A stretch of 64,000 nucleotides of DNA from the human T2T-CHM13v2.0 reference genome, Homo sapiens (GCF_009914755.1 NC_060935.1); one strand, 5' to 3'. Positions 25,790 to 44,000 are shown, counted from the stretch's first letter. Numbers and translations are program-made. The notes: a model not told the origin generated them from the sequence alone.

Positions 25790-26043
25790 GTGAGTCGGGC
25801 GGGAAAACAGGAAACCCGTTCTAGGGGACAAGAGATCTATGGAGAAGGGAGGGGCACTCACAGAACGACTAAGAACCTTCCTGCTCGGGGATCTGAGATT
25901 TCCCCCACCGACCCTCATCACCTTTCACGGCGAACAAGATACAACACTCACATGGGACAGACTGGGCGAGGGGGAGCAGAGGGAGGGATAGGCGTTGAGA
26001 TATACATCCATACAGATTTGGGGATGCTTAAGAACCACCCCCA

Positions 26044-29899
<3,856 letters not shown>

Positions 29900-30546
29900 T
29901 TATTCATCTATCATATTAGCTTTTACAGTTAAAAAACAAAACAGTTAAAGATACTGTCAATTTGGAAATGAGAAATTCCAGTTCCGAAACAAGGCAGGTA
30001 TGCCCCTAACCCTGTCATTCATCAAGTTAGTCAGTCTGGACAGATGAAGGTGCTGGCATCTGATTACCTCCTGGTCATAAGCCAGAATAGCAGATGGGAA
30101 AGACTGACTCCAAAAACACAGCCACAGGAGTAAGCATGGCAGCATCAACACTTTGTCAGTTCTCCCCAGCAGTCAAGCTCTCTATGTGACACCTTGAAGA
30201 CTCCATTAATTCCTTCATTTCTTCTTTCATTTTTCCATTGTCCATCCATTTTCATTTGTCCATCAAACCTTTAGTGAATATGGATTTTTTTTTTTTTTTG
30301 GCCAGGCTCAATGCAGGGTAATGATGAGAAGGGAGAAAGAAGTCTGAGTCTTGTCCCTGTCCTCAAGCTTATAGGGAGTAAACAAAGTTGGTTATAATGA
30401 AATTAACAGAGAATACAACTGCTTCCATTTATTGAGCACCTGATGCCAGATGTACAATAGTTCTCAAGGTAGGGTTTGTCTCCATTTCACAGATGAGTAA
30501 ACAAGCTGTAATAAAATTTTGTTTGAAGTACAGTGGGGGCATGCAG

Positions 30547-31035
30547 AAGTTAGCTATTGCCGTGTAATAAACCATCCCAAAACACAGTGGCTTAAGATAA
30601 TAAACATTTATTATTGCTTCTAAGTCTTAGAGTCAGCTGGAGGGTTCTTCTGCTTTGGCTGGGCTTACTCATGTGTCGGCAGTCATCTGTGGGTTGGGTG
30701 ACTCTCCTGATCTTGACTGGGGGTAGGCTGACTGTGGGCTAGTCTAGGATGGCTTCAGCTGGTATCTCTGGCTCTTTCGCATGTCTCTCACCTACACATC
30801 TCATAACCCTCCAGCTGATCAGCCATGTTCTCATGGCACTGGCAAAGAGCAAGAGGGCAGGCCTCCTTTAAAGCTTCTGTTTGCTTCATGTTTATCGACA
30901 TCTCATTGGCTAAAACAAGTCACATGTCTGGTCCCAGCATCAGAGTGAGATGGGACTACAATGTTATAGGCAAAAAGAGATGGATACAGGGGAGACCATG
31001 AATAGGGATCATCAAAACAATCAGCCTAACACAGG
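30547..31035 (-). mobile_element. ERVL-MaLR LTR (MLT1F/G/H-like)
   Basis: GTTAGCTATTGC..CCCAAAACACAGTGGCTTAA..ACATTTATTATTGCT..GGCTGGGCTTACTCATG..CATTGGCTAAAACAAGTCACATG consensus blocks. Confidence 0.72.
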
Positions 31036-32154
31036 ACACATTAACCAATTTTATCTGGAAAAGAAAGGCTTTATAGAAGAGGCTACACTAGAACTGAGTG
31101 TTGAAACATGAGAGAGTATTCACTAAGTGGGCAGCTGTTACTTGGAACTGGATGCAGGCTGGTTTACCACAATCAATAGAAACTCAGCAGGTCTTTCTGT
31201 GCTCATGACAGGGTTCTATTATTTGTATCTTGGCTTCATTTCTTCTGGTCAGGCACAGAGCAGCAAGCACACAACAAATGTTTGCTGAATTGAATTGAAT
31301 ATCTTACTGTGAACAAGGTGTGGACTGAAACAGCTGAACCTGGGAACCAATTGTTAGAAAGAACAGCTTAGCATCAACTCTTCTGAAACAGAAATCCTCA
31401 GAATTGGCAGTTTCTCATTCATTCATCCCACAAACATTTTGAGTGCCTGTTGTAAACCTGGTTCTATGTTGGATAATGAATAAGATGCGATACTAGCTCA
31501 CAGCCTGGGCTACAGCTTAAATGCAGAAGGCTAAAAATTTAACCAGCTTCTTGGGGCTCCATTTTTAATACTAATTCATTCAGAAAATGCAACAGGAGCT
31601 GGTGCTACACAAAATCAGAAGTCTTTAGGAACTGCACTGGGTTGCTCTGTTAGTCAAGAAAACTAACAGTAAAAATCTGCCCTTAAGTATTTTAAGTTAA
31701 AATCCATGTTCAGTGGTGCATAACTCTGGGGTACCAACCCAGTATTTACTTTGAGAAAAGTATCCAATCTTGCTCAAAGGTATCAAATCTGTTGTAGGTG
31801 CTGAAGTGGGATGAGCTTCTGTCTAAGCTAGGTTCCTCTAGTTCTGTAGTAGACAGCCAGGTTCCTCTATTTTTACAAAAGAATAATGTGTTCTTTGTTG
31901 TCTGCCTGTAGATTTAATATCTAAAAGATTCAAGTCTCCCTAATTGACAATCCATGCCCATGGGACCAGTTCATAACAGAATTAAGCTGTGAAGTGACTC
32001 AATCTGTCACCTCCCCAAAGCTCAGCTGGTACTGCTATTTTTTCAGAACAAGACATTCATTTTCCTCTAAACCTACTAAACTTGATCCATGTATATGTTA
32101 AATTGCCAAAAAAGGAATTTACATGAACTGTATTAGGCTTAAACTGAATTATAA

Positions 32155-32478
<324 letters not shown>

Positions 32479-32552
32479 TAAAGTGCCTGGCACATCTCTC
32501 TCTTCCTGTAATCTAGTTTCTGATCTTTCTCTTCCATTTTTAACTTTCTAAT

Positions 32553-32811
32553 CTGCACTGTCCAGTATGGTAGCCACTAGTCACGTACATTTGACAGGTA
32601 GGCTAGTCCAAATTGGGATGTGCTGTAAGTGTAAAATATCTCAGTAAGTTTTAATATTGATTACATATTGAATGATTTTTTGATATATTGGGTAAAATTA
32701 AGTTATTAAAATTAATTTCACCACTTCATTTTACTTATTTTGGCTACTAGAAAATTTTAAATTATATATATGGCTTGCATTTGTGACATTATATTTCTAG
32801 TGGATGGCACT
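32553..32811. mobile_element. MER33-like hAT-Charlie element
   Basis: CTGCACTGTCCAGTATGGTAGCCACTAG...GCTACTAGAAAATTTTAAATTATATATATGGCT...TTTCTAGTGGATGGCAC termini. Confidence 0.75.
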
Positions 32812-33186
32812 ATTCTGCAAATCATCTGTTTTATGACTGTGTTATTATTGTAAACCTGAAATCCTTTTGGAAAGCAGGTGAAGTAATACAAATAATAATA
32901 CAAAGGTGGCAGCAGTGGATGGAATGAGAAAGGGGAGGTCGACTGGGACAAGTTCTTGTCCTTATCCTTGTCAATTTGTCTTTTGCTTGTGTGATTCACA
33001 TACAAACCCCTTGGTAAAGTGTGTTGTCAGCTCTCTTCATCCCAGGTGAGTAGTATTCTCATGGCTCTCCCTTGTCTCCAGAAAAACCTCAGCTTTACTT
33101 TAGCTAACAAATTGGAAACGATCTGATAAGACAATTCACACCACATTGCAAGTGACTGATAACAACATTGTGTTCATCCCTGTCAG

Positions 33187-33270
33187 GGAGTATTTCCATT
33201 TTAACCGGAAACAATCCCTGAACCCACAGGAATGAATGCCTAATGGTGGAGTTTCAGCCATCAGTGACAG
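33187..33270 (+). other. LRRC51: LRRC51/LRTOMT non-coding exon 2
   Basis: Acceptor CCCTGTCAG|G and strong donor CAG|GTGAGT, ~650 bp upstream of the first coding exon. Confidence 0.72.
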
Positions 33271-33973
33271 GTGAGTGAGAGGTAGACTCTGGTTTTGTGT
33301 GTGTGTATGTTTATATGTGTATGGCTACATTCAGGATAGGGCTGAAAGTAGGGTATTTGGATGGAAAGGTAATGGGGCTGGCAGAGAAGCCAAGCGGAGA
33401 AGGTGGCAAATCCCCAGCTGGGCCAGACTGAGAAGGGTGGTGAGACACCAACCAGATGCGGTGCAGGCCCTCAAGGATTTGTTAAGCAATAGAATAGCCC
33501 AGTTGATGTCACCAGAGGGTGGGTATCAAGACAGTCTCCACAGTAACTACTGTAGAGTAACAGAAAAGGTCTCAGAGTAGGATTCAGGAGATTATGACTG
33601 CAGTCTACAACTGACTCACTGGCTTAACTCTGGGCAAGTCCTTTTACCCCTTGGGTTTCAGTTTCTTCATCTGGCATTTTCCAGACAAAGAAATGGGTGT
33701 TCGATTCTCAAATGAGTTCTAAGAGATGTGAAGGTGCTCTGAGAAGTAGAAAGTGCTCTATACATGCAAGGATGCAAGGAAGAGTGATTTCATATCTTAA
33801 AATGGAAATACAGCCAGGCAGGCCTAGAGTAGTAGAGGACAGAAAGCAGGGATGGAGGACTATGGGGAAACCTGAAAGCCGGTGTACTTGAAACACTGGT
33901 CTTTCTCTGTCCTCCCAGGCTGAACCCAGACTCCCAGGGCACCTGCTTGCACCTTTGAATGATGGCCTGAACT

Positions 33974-34055
33974 ATGAACAAACGGGACTATATGAACACT
34001 TCGGTACAGGAGCCCCCTCTTGACTACTCCTTCAGAAGCATCCACGTCATTCAAG
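33974..34055 (+). CDS. LRRC51: LRRC51 coding exon 1 (exon starts 33919), MNKRDYMNTSVQEPPLDYSFRSIHVIQ
   Basis: Acceptor CTCCCAG| at 33918, ATG 33974, donor AAG|GTCAGC; 82 nt, phase matches the next exon. Confidence 0.93.
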
Positions 34056-36759
34056 GTCAGCCCCCAGAGCACAGTACTCCACTCACTAAGGCAGCAGGCC
34101 CAGTGTGGTCCCTAGGAAGAAACCATAATCTACTTAAAAGCCTAAAGAGATTCTTCCCATATGCTTGCAGATGTGTTGTTACTGTCTTTTGGAGGGTAGG
34201 GGAGAGTGAGAGGTTTTTTTCTGTCTTTTTGTTTGTTTTGATTTTGCCCCGATACAGCCCCAGGAGATCCTAAGAACATGTGCCCCTGTTTGTTTTTTTT
34301 AAGCAGCAAATCTGAAAGGAAACAGGGGGCTATCACAGTAGTTGATCATCTTTAAAAGAAGCCAGGCTACAGCAGGAAAGTCAAGTGGAAGAAAACTGGG
34401 AAGCCAGTCTATCAGCCAATAGTTTTATTCTCCTGTTTTTACCTGAAGAGAGGAGGAAAACACAGGCTCCTGTGGAGTCCCAGCAAGTAGGCAAAACCTT
34501 TCTCCTCTGTCTGCAGACACAAGCCTAATCTGACTGGCCAAACATGAGGGGTCTTATCTACAAACTGGCATATTTCCAGTTTAAATACTTACTGACAAAT
34601 TTCTTACACTCATTCCAGCCAAATCCAAGTTTATTCCATCATCACCTACACTTATTGCAGGTTCCAACACTGTCCACACTCGCTCCCATTTTGCCATTCA
34701 ATGTCTTTGTAAATGGGTAGCTAGTCCCTTCAGGAGGGAACATAGGGAGGCTGTCAGCCATGTCATATTCCCAATGAGTCATCCGTTCTTCCTAGGGAAG
34801 TTCTGCCATCCCTGGCTTTTGTTATCTGGTCTTTCATTAAAGCATCAGTCCATCTGTCCTCACAGAATACACGTTAACATCCACTATCTCAGAACTATTA
34901 TTTGGCTTTAGTCTTCTCTCAGGCAACTGGTAGCCACTGCCTTTAAGCTCGGGAAGCTGGCAAATAGCACCAGTCTTAGATTGGGTTTAGGGTCTACTTG
35001 GGTTATCATCAGCCACAGTGGTAACTCACGTTTGTTCTCTCACGAGCACACAGCCACCTGCTGTGATCTTTATTGTGCACTGCATCACTTCTGATGTAAT
35101 CCATGTTTCACAAGGGGTTTTAGCTGCAATAGTAACTATCTCTAAGACAGGTGCAATGACAGAGGTGGGAAGGAAGTATACCTCCTACCTATCATGGGAA
35201 TTTCTAACTCTGATGGAGGAGGTGTAGCTCTGCCCTCTATGGAGTCCTCAGAATTGGGAGAGAGACAAGCAGTACCAAGGGTAACTCTACATCACAAAAC
35301 GTAAATGGTACAGATGGCCCATCCTTCATTCAACCGTTCAATATTTACTGAGCACTTACTAAAAGCATTTATATATGTGTGTGTGTGTGTGCGTCATATG
35401 TATATGCCAGGTATTGTGCTCCTTGCTAGGTATGTGAGGCACATCAAAGGCCCAAAAGGTCAGAGTCCCTTCAGATTCCCCAGAGCTTCTGAAACACTTA
35501 TTTACAGCTGGGGTTAAGGGATACAATAGAGTTTGGGGGTACCTGGCACACTATTTGGTGAATGAATAAATATTACAGAATCTGAAACGGCAGTGCCTTT
35601 GGAAGGCATCTAATCTGTGCTACCATCAACCCAGTTCCTCTAACTTTTCACAAACCTAGAGTGTTAAGGAAGTCCCCCACCATATACACCTACCAACACC
35701 TTCCAGTTGGTGGTTGAGGGATGACACAGGGAAGTTCAATCAAACTAACTTGTATTCTGACACATGGCAAGAGCTACATGGCAGCCTTTCAGAGAGAGGA
35801 AAACAGGAACATAGTTTCCCAGATCTTCCTGGAGCTAAATGCTCCCCAGTTCCCAAAGCATTGATATTTGTGGTCCAGCTTCCAGACCTGCTTTGGCCTA
35901 CTCTGAACAAGGAACTTTACAGATTCTTAGGCAGTGTAGTGCATTGGTGGAATCTGAGAGGAGCAGCAACCTGTGGCAGCCTGGATATACCACTCCATCC
36001 TTGATAAGAGCAGCTCCAGCCAGCATCAAGTTTTAGGCAACTCTGTCCCACCAGTGATTCCCTCTGAGCTTGGCCTCCACCCCATGCTTGGTGGCATTCC
36101 CCAAGCTGCTACCTTATCACATGGGGCACTAGTTCATGTGGGGTTATTTTGACCTTAATTTTGATTCATCTGTGTCATTCTGTTTCAGGGTTCTCAGGAG
36201 GTGTGGGGAGGGAAGCAGGATTAGGAATTCATGAGCTGGGGTACGCCGTTCCAGTACCCTCCTGCAACCCCAGGCCCCAATTGTGGGTCCTGCTCACTCT
36301 AGGATTAAGGCAGAGAGCCATCTGGTGGATGTTGCCTGACCTGCATCTGAGGAGGAGGAGAGGTGGGGGTGGAAGGGCAAAGGGTGTCCTTCCAGTAGAG
36401 AGCAGAAGAGAGTGAAGAAAGCTGGCTAGCTTCCGCAAATACTAAATACTTCCTTCCCCAGGGGTGAACTAGGGAACCAAAGGCTTAGCAGCAATGGGAA
36501 CTGGACCTCATTTTGAAAAAGTGGGAGTGAGGCTTTGGGGTGTTCCATACACCGGGGTTCTAACATAATCCTATTCCCTATTCTCTCTCCTCCTCAGCCA
36601 AACTTTCTGAGGATGTTGTTTATGCTAACTGCTTATATCCATTCACTCTTTTTTTGGTAGAGACGGGGTTTCATGATGTTGCCCAGGCTGGTCTCAAACG
36701 CCTAGGCTCAAGCAATCCTCCTGTCTTGGCCTCCCAAAGTGCTGGGATTACAGGCATGA

Positions 36760-37975
36760 AACCAGCCTCCATTCACTCTTGAACTCACTCACTTCCATCT
36801 GGCTTCTGCCTCCAGGCCCTTGCCATTCCACTGAAGCAGCCCTTACCAAGGTTACCAGGGACTTCTAAGTTGCCAAAATTACTTTTCAGTCCTTACCTCC
36901 CTGGAACTTACTACTATAAACTATTTACTCCCTGAACATCTTTAAACTGTCCTCTCCTGATTTTCCCTGATCATTTAACTTCTCTAATGGATTCTTCTTC
37001 CTCCCTGACCTTCCTCCCTACCCTCACTCTCCCTGAGGAATCTCATCTCTTTCCCTAACTTGTATGCCTTCTATGCTAATGATTCTCAAGTCTGTGTCTC
37101 CTGAGCTTCCGACCTTCATCTCCAACTGCCTACTTGACTTCTCCACCTTTTTGTACAGGAACCTCAAATACACCAAAGCTAAGCCTGAACTCATCACATT
37201 CCCAATGCTATTTCTTCTTCTGTAATTCCTTACCAGTTAATACAACTGGCAACCACCCTTTAATATTCTTCTACCTTTACATCCAGTCAACCAAATTATG
37301 TTGATTGTAGGGCCCTCTCATGTCTTGCTTGGATGACTCAAACAGCCAAATTGGTCATTTGGTCCAACTCACTCCCTAAAATCCATATTCCACACTGACA
37401 CTTAAGAGTGATCTTTCTGAAATAAAAGATTTGAATCATTTGCTTTAAACACTCCAGTGCCTTCCCATTACACACAGGGTAAAGCCCAAGATCCTTAGCC
37501 TGACATTTGAGACTTTTGACTGGATTCCTGCCTCCTTTTCCTCTCTGTCCCCCTTGTGCAGTGCGTGCAAGCACTTGTGCAGGCACACAAACCCGCCCCA
37601 GACTCCCTGGCTGTTCTGTACCTCTATACCTTTCTTCATGCTGTTCCCTGCCTGTTTACCCTTCTTTGCCTGATAAACATCCCCTAATCCATGGAGATTC
37701 AGCTCAGGCTTCACCTTCCCTGGGAAACTTCCCTGAGCTCCCATACTGGGTCAATAGCCTCTCTTCTGTGCTGCTACAACTATTATATAGCACTTATCAC
37801 ACCATATTGCCAGCTTGCTCCCATCTTGCCCATATAAGCTCCTCCAAGGCACAAATGTCTGCTCTCTGCCCTATTATTCATACAAAGTCTGGAACAGACT
37901 GTCTCTCATTTTGTTTATCACTGTATATCCAGTACCTGGCATACTGTAGGTACTCAACATTAATGGAAAGAGAGA
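36760..37975. mobile_element. L2 LINE remnant
   Basis: L2-type blocks (TCCAACTGCCTACTTGAC; CCTGGCATACTGTAGGTACTCAA). Confidence 0.7.
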
Positions 37976-38385
37976 CAGGATATCAAAGTGTATTCCATTG
38001 AAGTGAATTCTATAGGCTTTACCAGTAGTTAATTCAGGATTTTGTGCTATCATCTACTCAGCTCAAGCCCAACAATTCTGGTTCTTAGTTTTCCTCAACC
38101 CCACACTGGTTTGGTATAAAAAAGACCCAGTGGTACAGTGGACATGAGAAGTCCATGTGACCTGGAAAGCCAAGAGCTTGAGATAGAAGTCTCTGGCCCT
38201 TAGTCTAAACTTACTGATTGCTGGAAGCTGTGGGACAGGGTTGCACTAGACTCAGGCACAGGGCTATGGCCCTTCCAGACCCTCCAGCTACAGCCTGGAT
38301 GGCTAATCTTTCCAGCTCTGTCCCTTCCCACCCCCTAAAGCCAAAAAAGCAAAGATGATACCCAAGTCTCACTTTGTCCCCACAG

Positions 38386-38591
38386 ATCTGGTAAATGAGG
38401 AGCCAAGGACAGGACTACGACCACTGAAGCGTTCAAAGTCGGGGAAATCACTGACCCAGTCCCTGTGGCTGAATAACAATGTTCTCAATGATCTGAGAGA
38501 CTTCAACCAGGTGGCTTCACAGCTGTTGGAGCACCCAGAGAACCTGGCCTGGATCGACCTGTCCTTTAATGACCTGACTTCCATTGACCCT
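38386..38591 (+). CDS. LRRC51: LRRC51 coding exon 2, leucine-rich repeats (SLWLNNNVL; LAWIDLSFNDL)
   Basis: CACAG| acceptor, CCT|GTGAGT donor, 206 nt, LxxLxLxxNxL-type motifs. Confidence 0.95.
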
Positions 38592-38893
38592 GTGAGTTCC
38601 TAACAGTAGGAATCCAGTCAGGGGAGCCTGAAGCCACTTTGTTCAGCCCCCAACCTCTCCACTCCTACATGTTATCAAGGAAGTAATGAGGCAGCATGGT
38701 ACAGTCCAAAGCACAAGGCTAGGGGGCCAGACAGATAGATGTAGGTTCAAATCCTGGGTTTGCCTCTTACTGACTGTGACTTTGAGCAAGCTACCTAACC
38801 TCTCAAAACTGCAGCCTCCCTGTCGGAAAAATGGGGATAATATGCCAGTATCATAAAGGTTTTGTGAGGATTGAATGAAAATACATGAAAACC

Positions 38894-39248
<355 letters not shown>

Positions 39249-39837
39249 CTAACTGTCACTGCGCACCCACTGTGACCTGTGCTGGGTTCTCCTGTGGAAG
39301 AGGTAGTCAATAAAGTACAGCACTTACTTTCTGTGAACTCAGATTCAAGTTTTAAGAAATAAAGTTTGGCCTTTTCTAGTCCAAGATCCCTAAGAGGGGA
39401 AAGGAGCTGGAGCATGACTTGGACACTATTCCCCTGGTGTGGTGATCTCAATTTAACCAGTATTTTAAAAGCTTCTTATGTGCCTAGCATGATGCTCTGT
39501 CTTCCTGTTGCTTGCTGTGATAGAATCGTAGATCACCAAAGCTGGAAAGGTCTTCAGTGAAGGGGCAACTAAGGCTGAGAGAGGCAAGTCAGTGGCAGTG
39601 CTGGTACCCAGGCCCACACTCCTGACCCTCAGATCACAGCTCCTTTTCAGTGTGATGCCCTGTATGTCTTAAAACATAAATAAAAGTAGGTTACAGTCAT
39701 ACAGTATGGCTGTGGAGGGTTGGAGTGGAGGGCAGGTTGTTCCCCACATTCTTCCTTCTCTGCCCACGAGTCAGCCCTGAGCAGAGATTCAGGGTCCTGT
39801 CCTGTCTAGCCTGGCTTTTGGTTTCCCTCCCCAACAG

Positions 39838-39986
39838 GTCCTAACAACTTTCTTCAACCTGAGTGTCCTCTATCTTCACGGCAACAGCATCCAGCGCCTG
39901 GGGGAGGTGAATAAGCTGGCTGTCCTTCCTCGGCTCCGTAGCCTGACACTCCATGGGAACCCCATGGAGGAAGAGAAAGGGTATAG
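39838..39986 (+). CDS. LRRC51: LRRC51 coding exon 3 (LSVLYLHGNSI; LRSLTLHGNP); dual-frame exon
   Basis: CAACAG| acceptor, TAG|GTAAGT donor, 149 nt, LRR motifs and the start of an LRRcap. Confidence 0.95.
39953..39986 (+). CDS. LRTOMT: LRTOMT2 start segment MGTPWRKRKGI in the alternative frame of the LRRC51 exon
   Basis: ATG at 39953 is out of frame with LRRC51 and joins 49854-49902 and the TOMT exons in frame: 34+49+275+197+321 = 876 nt, 291 aa. Confidence 0.8.
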
Positions 39987-40268
39987 GTAAGTGCCCTGCC
40001 CCTGGAGGTAGCGTCTAGCTGGGCTCCCCTAAAGGAAAGGAGGAGGAGAAACAAGAAATCTACGACCATTCTTCTGCCATGCTTGGACCTGGGAAGGGAG
40101 TAACAGACCTCTAAGCATTCCTTGCTCTCAGTCAGGATAAACCTAATCTTTCCCAAACTATGCTCAAGTCCCTCCATTCCTTGCAGTCAGGGAAGACAAC
40201 AGCAACTAGTGGAGGGGGAAGGGGATTCTGGTGGGGGTGCTGGCCCCCAGCCTAAGTCTTCCCCACAG

Positions 40269-40410
40269 GCAATATGTGCTGTGCACCCTGTCCCGTATCA
40301 CCACGTTCGACTTCAGTGGGGTCACCAAAGCAGACCGCACCACAGCTGAAGTCTGGAAACGCATGAACATCAAGCCCAAGAAGGCCTGGACCAAGCAGAA
40401 TACACTTTGA
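40269..40410 (+). CDS. LRRC51: LRRC51 last coding exon; total CDS 82+206+149+142 = 579 nt, 192 aa
   Basis: CCACAG| acceptor; frame continues YRQYVLCTLSRITTFD (LRRcap-like) to TGA at 40408-40410. Confidence 0.94.
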
Positions 40411-40465
40411 GGCTCCCACGACCCTAGTAGTCCTAAAGGCCTAAGCATAGACAGCATGGTTTGAC

Positions 40466-40471
40466 AATAAA
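40466..40471 (+). terminator. LRRC51 polyadenylation signal AATAAA
   Basis: Canonical hexamer 55 nt after the stop codon. Confidence 0.8.
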
Positions 40472-40529
40472 TAATTTGAGCTGTTGAGCAGATGAGAAGT
40501 CACTTACACCTTGTAGAGATGTTCTCTAA

Positions 40530-41427
<898 letters not shown>

Positions 41428-41588
41428 GCTCTAGTCTTATTTTGCTGAAAAAGGGAGGCAATTGAGGGAAAGGCCTGCTGGCCTGGGACACTGGAGACGT
41501 GGGTTTACCACACAGCCTTGGGAAATTTATCTAACTCTCTGGGCCCCTTTGTACTTTTCAGCTTAGAGATTTGGGGGTTAAAGTAGAT

Positions 41589-41795
41589 CAGTAATTTCCA
41601 AACTCTTCACAGAGTACCAGGGTCTGTAGAGATGCCTCACAGGCCTCCATGACAGGCCAAGAAGATGGCCTATGATCTCTGAAACCAGCCCCCACTTCAA
41701 TCAGATCAAAGTAATTCCATTCTGTTTTATATGCTGGGATTCTGCTTAAGATTTCATTTGATAAAAAGAATCTTCTGCTTAAAAACATTTGCTTG
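41589..41795 (+). mobile_element. MER103C-like hAT-Charlie element
   Basis: CAGTAATTTCCAAACT start; CCCCACTTCAATCAGA..TCTGTTTTATAT..AAGATTTCATTTGA.AAAA..CTGCTTAAAAACATTTG end. Confidence 0.7.
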
Positions 41796-42198
41796 CTGAC
41801 TCCATATTAGGTATTCCCAGAAGAGCCTGGTCTGCTTTCTCTCTCCACCCCCCAACCCGCCATGTCTCCCTTCACCCCCAGGGGCTGTTGGTAATTCCAT
41901 TGAGTCTGAGGCAGGGCCCCCAAGAATCAAAGCTGCCTCAGATTCAGGTCTGTTCAGCTTTGACAGTGTTCCCATCATCACTGGACAAGGGACAAGAACA
42001 GTCTCATCCAGTCTGAGGTTAGCCCAAGCCAGGTCTCAGCTAAGAGCTGACACCCTAAACCCTTGTCTCTTGGGTTCATCTTCAATATCCCTGGAAGATG
42101 TCCCCTTCCCCCCATCTTACTCTCATAGACCTAAGTAATCAAAAGTAGAATGGGTAGAACAGAGGGGCCAGAACCAGCACATGGATGAATATACTTCC

Positions 42199-42204
42199 TT
42201 TATC
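42199..42204 (-). terminator. Probable LAMTOR1 polyA signal (variant GATAAA)
   Basis: I saw no AATAAA in the 3'UTR. GATAAA is preceded on the minus strand by TGTA-containing and U-rich sequence. Confidence 0.6.
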
Positions 42205-42711
42205 GAGGGTGACAAACCAAAACAAAAAAAGACCAAACATGTAAAAACCCAGGGTTCTAGAAATACAAACTCAATTCATTCAAATTCAAGCTCATCCAGA
42301 CCCTGGTCACAAACCCTAGTGAGGTGCATGTGAGCACCAAGTCAGGGAGAGGGGGCAGGAGTGACTCTGAGGCCAACAGAGAGGGTGGGAAGGGGATCTC
42401 CCTAGGTCCCCTGGTGATCACCCCCCACCCAAACTGGTATCTCCACATTCTCAATGACTATGAAGACATACCAGGCTCTGTCCTTTTGGCCCCCACCCCA
42501 TCCCTGGCCAGAGCTTCAAAGGCCAGTCCCAAAAGGTTCTACCCTCACTTGCTCAGGCTTCTAGCCTTCCTCTTCTCCTCCTTCTTCACATTTTTCTCTG
42601 TGATTAGTAGCAGGTTAGGGTACTGTATAAGCCGCAGTGAGGCTGGGGGCCAAGGGGGTGGGGTAGAGATGGGATGAAGAGAGGAGAAGAGCTGTCCAAG
42701 GACCCCTCTCT

Positions 42712-42804
42712 TCATGGGATCCCAAACTGTACAACCAGCTCCTCTTTTGCGTCCACACGGATCTGAGAAAGTGCACTGTAGGCATAAGCAGCTATCCTGG
42801 AGAC
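42712..42804 (-). CDS. LAMTOR1: LAMTOR1 exon 5 CDS (VSRIAAY...VVQFGIP*); total 486 nt, 161 aa
   Basis: TCTCAG| acceptor, in-frame TGA; exon lengths sum to a complete ORF. Confidence 0.95.
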   Translation of the reverse strand, partial: VSRIAAYAYSALSQIRVDAKEELVVQFGIP

Positions 42805-43178
42805 CTGAGACAGAGAGGGGCCGGGGAGGAGAGGAACAGAGACAGGTGAGGAGGGCAATCAGGAAAAATGGGGAGGGGAGATTAGATGGTGATGGAGAAG
42901 GAGGGAATGAAGGGGAACAGGAAGGCAAAGAGAAAGACAGGGATGGGAGAGACAGAAGGAAAAGAACAAAGGGGAGTGAAACAATAAAGGTTGCAGGAAG
43001 GAGATAGGAAAGACATAAAAAGTTAAGAGAACGAGGTGGGAGGGAGCTGGGGCCTACAAGGCTACCAGGCTCCCTAACTCCACCTTCCCTACCTCCTCTG
43101 AGGCAGAGTGGGTGAACCCTCTGCCATACCCTGGGCAGTGTGAGAAGGGTGGGCAGGGGCAGGTGAGGGGTGTCTCAC

Positions 43179-43305
43179 CTGCTGCAAATCAGAGAACGGG
43201 ATGGGCTCACTGGCCAGCACTTGGTGGGGCTGGCTGGTAAGAGACGGCAGCGGTGGCAGCTTCTTCCAATGGGTCAGGCTGCTGCTCAGCACAGCCAAGC
43301 GGGTG
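43179..43305 (-). CDS. LAMTOR1: LAMTOR1 exon 4 ([23 protein letters not shown]...DLQQ)
   Basis: GGTCAG| acceptor, CAG|GTGAGA donor, 127 nt. Confidence 0.95.
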
Positions 43306-43670
43306 CTGACCAAGAGAGAGGGGGTGGGGGTAGGCAGTTAAGCCACAGTCTGCCCTGCCCAGCCCAGGTAAGCCTCATCCCCTCAGGCCAGAGAAGCAGG
43401 GTGTCGAGGAGGGGTATCTGGGAGGGAAGGTCTCAGCTCATCACAGACTCAATCTAGGCCCATCTCCCTTGGCCTCAGCGCCCTCAAGAGTGTCACAGGG
43501 TAAACAGGGCTGACATGAATAACTACTGAAGCACCCAAGTGATCTGTGGTCAGTCTCCAGGGCTGCACCAAATGAGAAGCTTGGACTAGGGGCCAGGCTC
43601 CAAAGCTGGAACAGTGATGGAGGGTGGGAGCCCAAGTAGCCTGAGGGACCCACGCTGGCCAGGTGCTCAC

Positions 43671-43748
43671 CTGTACTGCCTGGCACGGTCCATGTACTCA
43701 TGCTGCTCCATGCCCTGTGAGTCTGCAGCAGACACATCAATGATGTTG
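43671..43748 (-). CDS. LAMTOR1: LAMTOR1 exon 3 ([25 protein letters not shown])
   Basis: CCATAG| acceptor, CAG|GTGAGC donor, 78 nt. Confidence 0.95.
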
Positions 43749-44000
43749 CTATGGGGAGAGGAGACAGAGATGACATGACAGGTGCTTCCGAGAAGGACAA
43801 ACAGGACTCAGTGCCAGGTACCAACTCCAGGGCTATCTGACACCAGTTTCCCTCCTGCCTACTGGAGCAGGGCTGGACATGGAGGCACCTCTCCCCAGTG
43901 ACCTTGTCCCATCCCCCATGTCCTGAGCCTGGCTCCTTCTATCCTAGCCTTTAATATGGATAGAGGAGCTCTGACCCAGGCCTGGTCCTCTGACACTTAC

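Larger units (their letters stand above)
25150..25830. promoter_or_regulatory. CpG island / bidirectional promoter NUMA1-LRRC51
   Basis: High CpG density. GC boxes (CCCCGCCCC ~25460, ~25639), inverted CCAAT (~25485), ZNF143/THAP11-type ACTACAAATCCCAG 25605-25618, X-box-like 25720-25745. Opposed splice donors at 25361 (-) and 25667 / 25790 (+). Confidence 0.9.

Noticed and set aside
37507-38001. 164-aa ORF in an LRRC51 intron
   Set aside because: Lies in a degenerate L2 remnant and has a non-ATG start.
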